In this document: positions 25,727 through 38,273 of the stretch, piece by piece
How the letters are laid out: every line of letters starts with the position of its first letter
How positions within the stretch are numbered: position 1 is the stretch's first letter
NCBI GenBank assembly: GCA_043228905.1
Contig: JBHGNT010000001.1
Location: 25,916,001-25,980,000, forward strand
Reading direction: 5' to 3'
Length of the DNA stretch: 64,000 bases
Source: Azolla caroliniana
Taxonomy: Eukaryota > Plantae > Polypodiophyta
Translations under genes and position numbers: made by a program
Notes under the pieces: model-generated
Database searches by the model: none
Told to the model about the DNA's origin: nothing
What the model saw: the letters and a program-made list of their open reading frames with translations, nothing else

Positions 25727-26096
25727 TAATGATAGCGATATATTATGTGAGAAGAATATACAAGGAAGGCTAGGAGGCTTAAGACTAGCGTTGAACCGAT
25801 TTGGTTCAAAATAATGCCTTGTGCCTCCTTTTATAGTGTTCTTAGGAGTAGTCCTGAAGCATCTAGAATGTTCCAGAGAAATTTGGAATATACATTAATT
25901 TTCTATAGTAAAACTTAAATAATAATAATATTTTACATATTACAATAGATAGTGTAATGGTCAAAAGTTTGACCCATGTAACATAAGGTCATGGGTTCGA
26001 GTCTTACCATATCATGACACACACACTCTCTCTCTCTCTGTTGCATCACGTGCACACACACTCACACACGAAGCTCACTTCCGCTGCATAGCAACA

Positions 26097-26830
26097 TCTA
26101 CATTGGAGCTTTCGTGCAATCACATTGGCTGAAAAAATCTTCTTTAGATTTCCCCAAGATTCTTTCGACATTTTTGAATTTCGAATATAGCCGAGCATCT
26201 TTTTTCAGCACTCCTCTTCATAGTGGCCGAGTTTTCCAAAGTACCCGCATTTGATCGGGTTGTTACGATTGCTCAGTCCGGTAGGATAGCTCCCCCTTCT
26301 GCGGAACTCTTTGGCATTGCTCCTGTTGTCTTGCCATTAGTGAGAGTTGTGTTCTCAGGTCGACTGATTCTGTCGCCCTCGGCCGAATCGACCTCTATTT
26401 CCTTGGCCAAATCCTCTTCTATCATCCGTCTGTGAGTAGAGCATCTGACCATCTGATGCATTGCTCCTTTGTCGGGCTTGGTTTTCTTCCACCAATAATA
26501 TCAATTGAAGGTCGAAAAAGGAAGGTGGGTTCTCCCTTGTGAGAATGGCCGATCTGATCGTGCCGAATCGTGGTGCTAACCCACTAGGGCATATTTGCAC
26601 CATTTCTTCATCATCGATGATGACATTGATCGATCCGAGGGCATCACACAACTCCTTGATCTTCAAGGTATAGTCGGTCATTGACATATCCCTTTGTTGC
26701 ACGTGGTTTAGCTCCTGTCGAAGTTGGAGCTTTCGTGCAGTCACATTGGCTGACAAAATCTTCTTTAGATTCCCCCAAGATTCTTTCGGCATTTTCGAAT
26801 CTCGAATATAGCCGAGCATTGCTATATTCG
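26097..26830 (-). pseudogene. Inverted copia gag fragment with a ~95-bp internal duplication
   Basis: ORF 26355-26867 (TARKLQLRQEL..EEMVQIC..ENPPSFFDLQ) is homologous to gag at 33361 and 40826. Segment 26103-26198 repeats at 26724-26819. Confidence 0.8.
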
Positions 26831-27035
26831 AGCACGGGTCGTTACAAAAGGATACGCACAAAAGCACGGAGTCAATTACGAGGAGATCTTTGCCCTAGTG
26901 GCAAAGATGACGACTGTGCTGACCGTAATTGCACTCGCAACTGCAAAAGGGTGGCATCTCTACCAGATGGACGTAAAGAACACCTTCCTCCAAGGCCAAT
27001 TAGCAGAGGAGGTATTCATGATTCAACCCCCCGGT

Positions 27036-27690
27036 TAGCAATGGGCCCGGTTTCGGCTCAAACCAAACCAAATCGTTAAATCGTGGCTTAACGGTTTATC
27101 GGTTCAAAGACAAATAAACCGTTTGGTTTGGTTTCAAATGTTATGATCTGGTTCGGTTCGGTTTTGAATTTCATGGTTCATCGGTTTCGGTTTATGTGGT
27201 TCAGTTTAAAGGTTTATAGGTTAAAAAATATTCTTAAATTTTCACCTCTAGGCTCTAACTTTCAACTTTTAATTTTAAACCTCTAGGCTCTAACTTGTTA
27301 AATTTTATATGCAATATAAGTAGACTCTCCTTTTGATGTATGATTATCAAAATTTATGATAAGTATAATGATCAAATTTATGGTATGTATGATGACCAAA
27401 TTTATGACAGGTATGATGACCAAATTTATAATAAGTGTGATAACCAAATTTATGATTATTTTCTCACACAAATTCATAATATGTATGATAATCAATAGCT
27501 CTAAAATTTGGTTTGGTTTGGTTTGGTTTTGATTTATGATAAACTGGTTTGGTTTGGTTCTAAATTTTCCGTAAACGGTTTGGTTTGGTTTTTATTATAA
27601 ATAAATGGTTTGGTTTTTATTATAAATAAATGGTTTGGTTTCAAGGCCAAGAAACCGAACCGAACCGAAACAAAACCGAGCCCATTGCTA
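27036..27690. mobile_element. hAT-type MITE
   Basis: TIRs tagcaatgggcccggttt / aaaccgagcccattgcta, 8-bp TSD cccccggt/ccccaggt, subterminal AACCG/AACCA arrays and an internal ~24-bp AT-rich tandem repeat. Confidence 0.9.
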
Positions 27691-28173
27691 CCCCAGGTTT
27701 CGAATTGAAGAATCATCTGCAAGCAGTATGTAGACTAAAGAAGCCACTCTACGGCCTTAAGCAAGCACCGCGTGCTTGGCATTCAAAGATTACTCAGTAT
27801 CTTCATCAAATTGGCTTTCGAATGTTGAAATCGGACAACTCTCTGTATATCCGAAAGAGTCGAATAACCCGATTGTCATCATCATGTACGTGGATGCTCT
27901 GGTCATTAGTGGAAAGGATCTCATCAAGATTAATAAGGTAAAATCACTCCTATCCGGCATATTCGAAATGAAAAATATGCACAAGCTCCATTACTTCCTT
28001 GGTATCGAAGTAATTTGGACACCAATCGGGATAATGATCTCTTAACGACACTACGTTCTCAACTTACTCTACAAGTTTAGAATGACCAAGTGCAAACCTA
28101 TGTCTACCCCTCTCGACCAAAATCTCAAGCTCGATGTGTTAGGAAACAAGTCCCTCTTGGATGGGAAGTGAGA

Positions 28174-28410
28174 AGACCCTGTGAGAACCGGATGTGGAGT
28201 ACCCGTCAACGGAAGACCTAGTGAGAACCGGATATGGAGTACCCGGCAACGGAAGACCTAGTGAGAACCGGATATGGAGTACCCGGCAACGGAAGACCCG
28301 GTGAGAACCAGATGAGGAGTACCCGGCTACGGAAGACCCGGTGTGAACCGGATGAGGAGTACCCGGCTACGAAAGACCCGGTGAGAACCGGATGAGGAGT
28401 ACCCGGCAAG
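28174..28410 (+). repeat. 40-bp tandem repeats in LTR U3
   Basis: Unit gaagacccggtgagaaccggatgaggagtacccggcaacg in ~6 copies, with ~4 copies at 39326-39482. Confidence 0.93.
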
Positions 28411-28623
28411 AGCCGAATGGTGAAGGCCCGATGAGAAGTGCTCACCGGATGAAGGGACATATTTGTAAATATGTTTTTGAGAGTCCATCAGGGGTATATT
28501 TGTAAATAGCCGAAAAGTCATATTAGTATAAATATGATTTAGGGCAAACAGAGAACATGTGTGTTGTGTGTTGAATGAGTTGTTGTCATTCTTGTTGGCG
28601 CAAGATTAGAGCGTGCAACTGTG

Positions 28624-28659
<36 letters not shown>

Positions 28660-29181
28660 GAGGTCGTTGCCTTTGTTGTAACCGCCGCCTGTGGCGAAGA
28701 TAGAAAGCTCGAGATCGTTGCTTCGGTGCTTTACCATTTGTACATTCTGACATAGTGATAGTTTGCAGTCTGTGGGTTGCCGTGGCTTTTTCCCTAGTTT
28801 GGGTTTTCCACGTTAACATCTTGTGTTCTCTTCTCTCCATTGTGTCGTGCATTCATTCCCGTTTTTTCTGTGTTTTGATTCTAAGTTCGGTTGTGGCCGA
28901 GCGTTGTTCATCGAGAGCGTGTGTTCCTGACAACGAGTACCCGGCAACGGAAGAACCGGTGAGAACCGGATGACCAATACCCGGCAAGAGCCCGATGGCG
29001 AAGTCCCAATGAGAAGTGCTCACTGAATGAAGGGACATATTCGTAAATATGTTTTCTAAGAGTCCATCCGGGCTATATTTGTAAATAGCCGAAAAGTCAT
29101 ATTAGTATAAATATGACTTAGGGCAAACTTAGTGTGTGTGGTTGTCATTCTTGTTGGTGCAAGATTCGAGTGTATAACTGT

Positions 29182-29239
<58 letters not shown>

Positions 29240-32200
29240 GAAGAGGTCATTGCCTCTGTTGTAACCGCCGCCTGTGGCGAAGATAGCAAGCTCGAGGTCG
29301 TTGCCTCGGTGCTTTACTATCATACATTGTGATATAGTGATAGTTTGCAGTGTGTGGGCTGCCGTGGTTTTTCCCTAGTTTGGATTTTCCACGTTAACAT
29401 CCTGTGTACTCTTCTCTTCATTGTGTCGTGCGTTCATTACCCGTTTTCTGTGTTTTGATCCTAGGCTCGGTTGTGGCCGAGCGTTGTTCATCGAGAGAGT
29501 GTGTTCCTGTCAAAGTGGTATTAGAGCGAAACGACACAGAAAATGGACGAATCGTTGGGAGGCATGTTCAAGCTCACCGGCTCCAACTATTTCGTGTCGA
29601 AGTTGAAGATGAGGGACATGCTCGTGGTTAAAGATCTTTGGTTGCCAGTTCAGTTCGGGGGCAAGAGACTGGACAAAATCGACGCCACGATATGGGAGGT
29701 GATGCACATGAAGACAACGGCTTACATACGGTGCTTCATCGACATGAGTCTATACAACAACTTCAATGAAGAGAGCAAGGCTCATGAGCTCTGGGAGAAG
29801 ATCGGCATTATGTTTCAAAACAAAAATGTTGTTAATCAAGTTTTGGTATTTGGGAAGCTAGTAAGACTCCGGTACCAAGATGGCTCCAGCATGGCGGAGC
29901 ACATGAATGCCTTCCAAGGGCTGATCCACCAAGCAACATCATTGGAAGTACCTCTCGCCGACGAGGTACTAGCGCTACTCCTGCTCGGTTCCCTTCTAGA
30001 TAGCTGGGAGACGTTGGTTGTCACCTTGGGCAATGCCGGGCCGGAAGGGAAACGGTTATCCCTGGCAAGAGTGAAGGCGAGCTTGCTAGATGAGGAGGCG
30101 CATCGGAAAGACAAGGATACGAAATCCGACTCCAAAGCGCTCATTACCGAATCAGAACGCGAAAGACAAAGGAACCGTAGTCCCCAGAACCGGGAGAAGT
30201 CGGGGACACAGTCAAAGTCAAGGGGGAGGCCTACTTGCTTCTATTGCGGCAAGCCGGGACACTTCCAGAAGAACTGTCGGCATTTCCGAAAAGACAAGGA
30301 AACCGACGGTACCGATTTGAAGCGGACACCAGACCGAAACAGTAAAGACCGGAGGGGAACGGACCGGAAGGGAACGACTACAATCGCGGCAAGTGAAGAA
30401 GAGTTGATGCTCATCACCGAGGAGAGTGAGCTAAACCTTGCCGACAACGAGATGACCTGGGTGGTCGACTCCGGAGAGTCGTTCCACCTTACCTTGGACC
30501 TGAAATGTTTCTCATCCTACTCAGCCGGTGATCACGGTTGTGTCCGGATGGGGAATGAAGGTACATGCCGAATTGTCGGCATAGGAGACGTGTGGTTGAC
30601 AACACCAACCGGATGCAAGCTGCTGCTAAAGGATGTCCGACACGTTCTGGAGGTTCGTATGAACCTGATATCAGCCGGTCGGCTAGATGATGAAGGCTAC
30701 ACGGGTAGCATCCGGAACAGTGTTATGAAGTTCAGCAAAGGGAGCTTGATTGTGGCTCGGGCCCGGAGGGTCAACACGATGTACCTGATGAATGCCCGGT
30801 TATGCCCGAAAGAAGTGAACGTGGCATCCGACACTGCCGGTGAGTTGTGGCACAAGAGGCTGTGTCACATGAGCGAGAAGGGGATGAAGAGGCTTGCAGA
30901 CGACAACCTCATTCCAGTGAAGAACGTGCACTTGGAGAAGTGCACTGATTGTCTAGCCGGTAAACAAAACCGGACCTCCTTCCAATCGAGGCCACCGAAG
31001 AGACGTAATGCACCACTGGAGTTGGTGCATACTGATGTGTGTCAAGTGGACACGAAGTCACATGCCGGATCGCAGTACTTCGTGACGTTCATAGATGACC
31101 ACAGCCGAAAGTTGTGGGCCACACTGTTGAAGACGAAAGATCAGGTGTTATCCGTCTTCAAAGAGCTCCACGCAAGAGTGGAAAGAGAAACCGGCTGGAA
31201 GCTGAAGGCGGTTCAAGCAAATAGCGAAGGTGAATACCGAGGGCAGTTCGAGGAGTACTGTCGCTCGAAGGGAATCCGCTCGAATTTACCGTGCCGAAGA
31301 TGCCAGAACTAAACGGGCTGACCAAGAGGATGAACCGGACCATAACGTAGAGGGTCCGGAGTATGCTGGCACATGCAAAATTACCCAAGACGTTTTGGGT
31401 TGAGGCGTTGTCGACAGCGACGTATGTGATAAACAGATCACCCTTAGTGCCCTTGGATGGAGACACACCGCAGAAGGTGTGGACCGGTAAGGAAGTGTCC
31501 TACCGGCATCTGAAGGTGTTCAAGTGTCTCGCTTACGTGCATGTTGCTAAGGAACGGAGAGGAAAGTTGGATCCAAAGACCCGGCCATGCATATTCCTCG
31601 GATACGGCGATGATGAGTTCGGCTACCGAGTGTGGGATCCGGTTGACAAGAAGGCTTTCCGGAGTCGAGATATTATCTTCATGGAGGACAGGACTCTTGC
31701 CGACTGGGAGTCAGAGAAGAAGATAATGAACTCCGATGAGATTCGGACACACCCGGCTAAGAGCCGGTTGACACTCGAGGAACCAGCCAGTTATGGTGAG
31801 GATATCGAACCGGAAGAAGAAGAAGTAGAGGAAGCTAAAATACGAACTGGCCAAGACCCCGAATCGGATTCGGATGAAGAACAAATAGTGGAGCCGGTTG
31901 CCGAAGGCCAAAGACGGAGATATCCTCTCAGAGAGAAAAGGTCCCCCCGGAGATTTCCTGATGTAGAGCATGTGCTGCTAACCGATGAGGGGGAGCCAGA
32001 AAGCTTCGAGGAAGCTAAAAGTGACGCCCATAGCCACAAATGGTTAAGTGCCATGCAGGATGAGATGGATTCCCTACATGAGAACCATACGTACGAATTG
32101 TTGGAGTTGCCGAAAGGAAAGCGAGCACTCCGAAACAAGTGGGTGTACAAGTTGAAACCGGGAGATGCCGGCAACCCCCCGAGACACAAAGCCAAGATCG

Positions 32201-32566
32201 TGGTGAAGGGATTCCAACAAAAGAAGGGTGTGGACTTCGACGAGATATTTACGCCGGTAGTAAAGATGACCTCCATTCGGACAGTGCTGAGTATAGCAGC
32301 AAGCATGGACCTCGAGGTAGAGCAACTGGACGTGAAGACGGCATTCCTTCACGGTGATCTCGAAGAGGAGATCTACATGCAGCAACCAGAAGGATTTGTG
32401 GAGAAAGGGAAGGAGCATCTGGTTTGCCGGTTGAAGAAGAGCCTGTACGGACTGAAGCAGGCTCCCCAACAATGGTACCGGAAGTTCGACTCCTTCATGA
32501 CCGATCAAGGGTACGACAAGACACAGGCCGATCACTACGTGTTGGTGAAGAAGTTCGAAGGAGGCG

Positions 32567-35500
32567 TGTTGAGAGACAAGCTCAACATCGGCCAGATCGG
32601 CTGAAGAAGCCGAGGACCGGATCGGCTGGGACCGATCGGTTAGGCCGAGTGCGTAAACCGGGAGGTCGTTAGGAAAGATATTCCGTGAGGAATATATTTG
32701 GGAGTTAGTGTAGGAGCTCTTAATGAGCATTGAAGTATTGTCAGTACTTCGGTCAGTCCTTCCAGGACTTGTATAAAAGTGTTCATTGAGCACGTCTTAT
32801 GTACACAGAGATTGAGTATTATTGTGAAATATAGTTTTTTGTGTTTCTCTCTCTGTCTCTCCCGCGTATACCGTGTAAGTCCAAGCTCTCCATTAAACCT
32901 GTGTTTCCTTCCTCTGTTCTGTCTTCATACCTACTTCCGCACACTACTTTCTACATGGTATCAGAGCGCGAGGGTTGAGAACCTCTCTGCAGCCGACACA
33001 GCTTGCCGAAGAAGAACAAGAAGAATGATGGATAGAGGCATGGCGAGCTCGCTTCCAACAGAGAAGCTCGACAGAACCAACTACGCGTCTTGGTCCTACA
33101 AGATGCACCAGTACCTGCTCGGGCACGGCTACTGGAGTGATGTCGAAGGAGCTAATGACGCGGCACCCGAATCGACACACAGAGACTTCCCGTCGTGGGA
33201 GCAATCAACGAGCAGGGTACTATACTGCTTCGCGTCGTGTGTGGGCGAACAGCTATTGAGCTATGTTTGGGATGCAAAGACGCCGAAGGGTGCGTGGGAA
33301 AATATGAAGAAGATTTTCGCCGCGAGCACCACAGCCAGGAAGCTTCAGCTCTGACAGGAATTGAGCAACCTACGACAACGCGACTTGTTGGTGACGGACT
33401 ATACCTCGAAGATCAAGGATATCTGTGACTCCCTCGCCTCCATAGAGGTGAACATCGAGGAGAGCGAGATGGTCCAGATCTGTCTCGGAGGTTTGGCGTC
33501 GAAGTTCGGAGCGTTCCGAATGGCTGTGTGTACCCGGGAGAATACGCCGTCCTTTTTCGACTTACAGTCGATGCTCCTGGTAGAGGAGAACCACGCGGGT
33601 GCGTCTACAAGCACGCACACCGACAGCAGAATGTTGTACACGGAGGGAGATAGGCCCCGTGGATGTGGAGGACGAGGCAAGTCAGCACGCAATGGAGGCG
33701 GCCGACGAGATCAAGAAAGAAGGCACCGAAGTGATGCCGACAGCAACTCTGGACCCTCCGGAAACAGGGGGAGTCAAAGCGATGAGAACCAGCAAGGGAA
33801 GTCCATCGCGGAGTGCTGGTACTGTGGCAAGAAAGGCCACAGGGAAAGTGAGTGCTGGAAGAAGCGCGCCGATTCAGAAAGAACTGATTCCAGGAACGGC
33901 TCCAGACATACCGACAAGGGAAATCGGCAGCGATCGCACTACGCTGAAGACTCCGGGAGAGCCGGAGAAGGGTCTGTCTTCGTGACGAGACACGAAGCAA
34001 ACTCAATGAAACAGAGCACCTCGAGATTGGACGAGGTGTGGTACGTAGACTCCGGCGCGTCAAACCACATGACGAGCCATAAGGAGTGGTTCTCGTACCT
34101 TGAAAAACCGATACAACCTGGAGTAGTCGCAACAGGAGACGACACTCCGCATCCGATCGCAAATGTCGGAGAAGTTCCCCTTAGCCATGTCGGGCAGAAA
34201 GGGAAACTCAAGAACGTGTTGCACGTTCCGACAATCACGAAGAACTTGGTCTCGGTCGGACAGATCGTCGACCAAGGGATGGAGGTTCGGTTTACACACC
34301 TCGGGTGCTTCATTGAGGAAGAAGGCCGTGTGATTGCGCAAGGGCGTAGAGACAGGAGGATGTTCATCCTTGACTCCACTGACGGCGGCACCGCAATGTT
34401 CGCGAAGGGACAAAAGACCGAGTCCGACATCGACTTGTGGCACAAGCGGATAGGCCACGTCAACTACCAGCGGCTTCAAGATCTGCAAACGAAACAGGTA
34501 GTGTTCGGTTTGCCCAAATTTAGTGGCCGAAAGGCACAAATTTGTGAAGCCTACCAACTCGGGAAGCAACACCGACTTCCCTTCCCCAACGAGTGAAACC
34601 GGAGCCGGAACAAGCTCGACCTTATACACTCCGATGTATGGGGGCCGGCACAAAACGTTAGTCTTGGCGGGAGCCGATATTTCGTCTCCTTCATCGACGA
34701 CCACACGCGGCACACGTGGATCTACCTCATTGAGAGGAAGAGCGAAGTCTTCGACTGTTTCCGGGACCTCAAAGGGTTCGTGGAATCCGAAACAGGACGG
34801 AAGATCAAGTGTCTGCGGTCGGATGGCGGGAAAAAGTACTTTTCCGGTCAATTCAACGGTTATCTACAACAAATGGGAATTCGGCGCGAATTCAGTTGTA
34901 GATACACGCCAGAGCAGAATGGCGTGGCCGAGAGGAAGAATCGGTCGATTGTGGAAGCGGCACGCGCAATGCTGGAGGAGAAGAGCTTGCCCAAGTTCTA
35001 CAGGGCCGAGGCGGTAAGGACCACGGTATACATCCAGAACCGGATTGGAAACAAAGTGTCGGCGCACGAGCTATATTTCGGAACGAAGCCGAACTTGCGA
35101 CACTTGAGGGTGTTCGGTAGCATTGCATATGTGCATGTACCGAAGGAGAAAAGGAGGAAGCTGGACGCAAAGGCCGAGAAGTGCATCTTGGTCGGTTACT
35201 CGGACGAGCAGAAGGGTTATAAGTGCTATAACCCTCGCACCAAACAAGCGCGTGTCAGCCGCGACGTTGTGTTTGATGAGTCCGCGTCCTGGTACCTGCC
35301 CCCGACTACGAACCTCCACTCCAATCCAAGCTCTGACAATGAGGTCAGCGAGGCAGAGATGCCTCTGGATGAGCCCGAAATCGAGACCCGTGAAGAGAGT
35401 CCGATTCCACTCCAGTTAAGTGGACCAATTGGACGACTGAATCGGTACGACCAGTCCGATGAAGAGCCGGCGAGTAGTGGAGACTCGACTGTGCATTCCC

Positions 35501-38273
35501 CGCGCAGGAAGCCAAGGAGACGGCTTACGCGCAAAGAGAAAGGGAAGAAGAAGGTGTCGGATTCCGGCACGGATAGGAACGAGTCAGACCGACGCGAGTC
35601 CGACTCCGAGGGAACCGGTGACGGGTCTTTAAAGCTGAAGACCGCGTCGACCGAGAAGGCCTCGACATCGGCTAATATGAGATTACGCCGATCTACCCGC
35701 CAGAAGAACCCAGTTGTGCGGTTCGGATACAACGAGTACATGGCGCATCATTATGCGTACATGACCCGTGTAGCGGAAGTGCGTGAGCCAGAGAGCTACG
35801 CAGAAGCGGCTACAGACGCGAATTGGCGTGCCGCGATGGAGGAAGAGATGCACGCATTGGTGGAGAACGAGACCTGGGACCTGGTTGACACACCGAAGGG
35901 TGTGAAGCCGATCGGGTGCAGATGGGTGTACAAAGTCAAGTACAACATCGATGGCTCGGTCAACCGGTACAAGGCTCGACTAGTGGCAAAGGGCTACGCG
36001 CAGAAACACGGCATCGACTACGATGAGACGTTTGTGCCAGTCGCGAAAATGACGACCGTCCGTGTTTTGCTCGCAGTAGCTGCGGCCAAGGGGTGGCACC
36101 TACATCAGATGGATGTAAAGAATGTGTTCCTGCAAGGTGACCTTGAGGAACAGGTGTACATGGTACAGCCCCCCGGATTTCACTCTGGAACGAACTCCTC
36201 GGTAGTATGCCGACTGAAGAAGTCCCTTTACGGACTGAAGCAACCCCCGCGTGCCTGGAACGTGAAGATCACACAACAACTGCGTTGGTTGGGCTTCATC
36301 ACGTCAAAATCGGACTCTTCCCTGTTCATCCGGAAAGGTCGACTCGGACCGGTTAGTATTTTACTGTATGTTGATGACTTGGTCATCACCGGCGCCGACC
36401 TAGGTGAAATCGACCGCGTGAAGCTCCAGCTTGCGGCATCGTTCGACATGAAGGATCTGGGGGACCTTCATTACTTCCTCGGGATCGAAGTGATCCGTAC
36501 CCCCGAAGGCATATTGATCAGCCAACGTCATTACGTGCTGAGTATGCTTTTCAAATTCGGGATGGCCAACTGTAAGTCCATCTCGACTCCTCTGGACAGA
36601 ACCGTCAAGCTTCGTCCCGATACAGGAAAGGCATGCGACTCGACGAGGTTCCGACAAATTGTCAGAAGCCTCATATACTTGACCATCACCCGACCCGACC
36701 TCAGTTATCCAGTCGAGGTGATCAGTCAGTTCATGGCGCGACCTACCGAGGAGCACCTTCAGTGTGCGCAACGCGTACTGCAGTACGTAAGTGGCACTAA
36801 GGACCGAGGACTGCTATATCGGACCGGTGCAGCCGCGCAGTTAGTCGGCTACACCGATGCTGATTGGGCTGGCAATACTGCAGATCGCCGATCCACGTCT
36901 GGATACGCGTTCTCCCTCGGGAGTGCCGCGATCGCGTGGAGCAGTAAGAAGCAGCCGACAGTTGCACTGTTGAGCATCGAAGCTAAGTATCGAGGAGCAG
37001 CTGTCGCGACATGCGAAGCCATATGGTTGAAGCGGCTACTTAAGGACCTGCAAGAGGAGGTGTCAGATCTGACGACGATCTACTGCGACAACCTCAACAG
37101 CATCCAACTCGCGAAGAACCCCGTCTTCCACGCACGGACCAAGCACATTGAGGTGCACTACCATTTCGTCCGTGAGCGTGTCCTTTCCGGTGAAGTCGAA
37201 CTTCAGTACGTTCCGACAGATTGGCAGGCTACCGACATCTTCACCAAGCCTCTTGGTCTGGACAAGTTGCGGCAATTCTCGGGTGCGCTCGGGTTGCGTC
37301 ACCTTGACATGCTGAACTTGAGGGGGAGAACAGTCCCGAACGACCAAGCAAGGCAGCAAGAAAGGAGCGGTGACCATGACACCGAGTTGGTTGACTCGTT
37401 TGTTGACTCGGTTGAAGACGGATCGGCTGAAGAAGCCGAGGGTGACTTCGGATCGGCTGAAGAAGCTGAGGGCGGACCCGTGGAAAAGTTCGGAAGCGGA
37501 CAGAAGGGGAGCAGTCGAAGGAGAGAGCCGAAGCCAACCACGGATAGGGGAGATGACGCCATCGAGGGCGAGAAAACCGAAGACGAGTTGGAGACAGCCA
37601 ACTCAGACGAGAGCGAAAACTGATCGGAGGTAGCCGAGTCGGTTCGGATGTTTGATTCAGACAAGCTGAATCAACCGAGGCCCAAGCGGAAGAAAAGGCA
37701 ACAGAAGAAGCATCAACACCGCAGCAACAGAAGAGCTGATGAGGGCCACATGAGCAGACAAGCCGACCGGAAGGGTCGAAGCGCGCGGAGTCGAACAGGT
37801 CGAGGAGCGCGAGCGAGGCGAGAAGCCAGGAGGAACCGGTGCTGTGAAGATCCCGAAGAGCCTCAAGTTGAGCTTGAGGGGGAGTGTTGAGAGACAAGCT
37901 CAACATCGGCCAGATCGGCTGAAGAAGCCGAGGACCGGATCGGCTGGGACCGATCGGTTAGGTCGAGTGCGTAAACCGGGAGGTCGTTAGGAAAGATATT
38001 CCGTGAGGAATATATTTGGGAGTTAGTGTAGGAGCTCTTAATGAGCATTGAAGTATTGTCAGTACTTCGGTCAGTCCTTCCAGGACTTGTATAAAAGTGT
38101 TCACTGAGCACGTCTTATGTACACAGAGATTGAGTATTATTGTGAAATATAGTTTTTTGTGTTTCTCTCTCTGTCTCTCCCGCGTATACCGTGTAAGTCC
38201 AAGCTCTCCATTAAACCTGTGTTTCCTTCCTCTGTTCTGTCTTCATACCTACTTCCGCACACTACTTTCTACA
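32567..38273 (+). mobile_element. Full-length young Ty1/copia element (lineage distinct from Tork)
   Basis: Two 389-bp LTRs (32567-32955, 37885-38273) show ~2 differences by eye. Perfect TSD AGGCG, PBS tggtatcagagc at 32956 and PPT ttgagggggag. Confidence 0.97.
33025..37623 (+). pseudogene. Copia gag-pol with two in-frame TGA stops (33352, 34594)
   Basis: A single frame runs MASSLPTEKLDRTNY.., CWYCGKKGHRESEC, WYVDSGAS, integrase, YVDD and RNase H, with an acidic C-terminal extension. Both stops look like CGA>TGA changes. Confidence 0.9.

Larger units (their letters stand above)
8349..26019 (-). mobile_element. Tcn1-like chromovirus (Ty3/gypsy), degenerate, carrying four nested insertions
   Basis: LTRs are 8349-8742 and 25585-26019 (both end atcatgaca), with the PPT complement ctatctccccttt at 8743. 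Gag is ~23752-24630 (KIGLPAKFDGTRSQFRGFLNQV; TPMEID), protease ~21900-22190 (ALLDSGANSCFM), and RT ~20780-21700 ([24 protein letters not shown]) with the N-terminal part of RNase H deleted. Integrase is 8900-10360. Confidence 0.9.
8135..26096 (+). mobile_element. Copia-type LTR split by the chromovirus insertion (left part 8135-8348, right part 26020-26096)
   Basis: It starts tgttgagaatcgacctcaac, similar to the copia LTR starts at 32567 and 40142. Its (CT)n/(CA)n tract continues after 26019 and it ends gcaaca. No TSD was found. Confidence 0.5.

Noticed and set aside
28174-28410. Regular repeats resembling a CRISPR array (also 44270-44400 and 46550-46660)
   Set aside because: The units are head-to-tail with no unique spacers, they lie inside LTR U3 regions of a eukaryotic element, and there are no cas genes.
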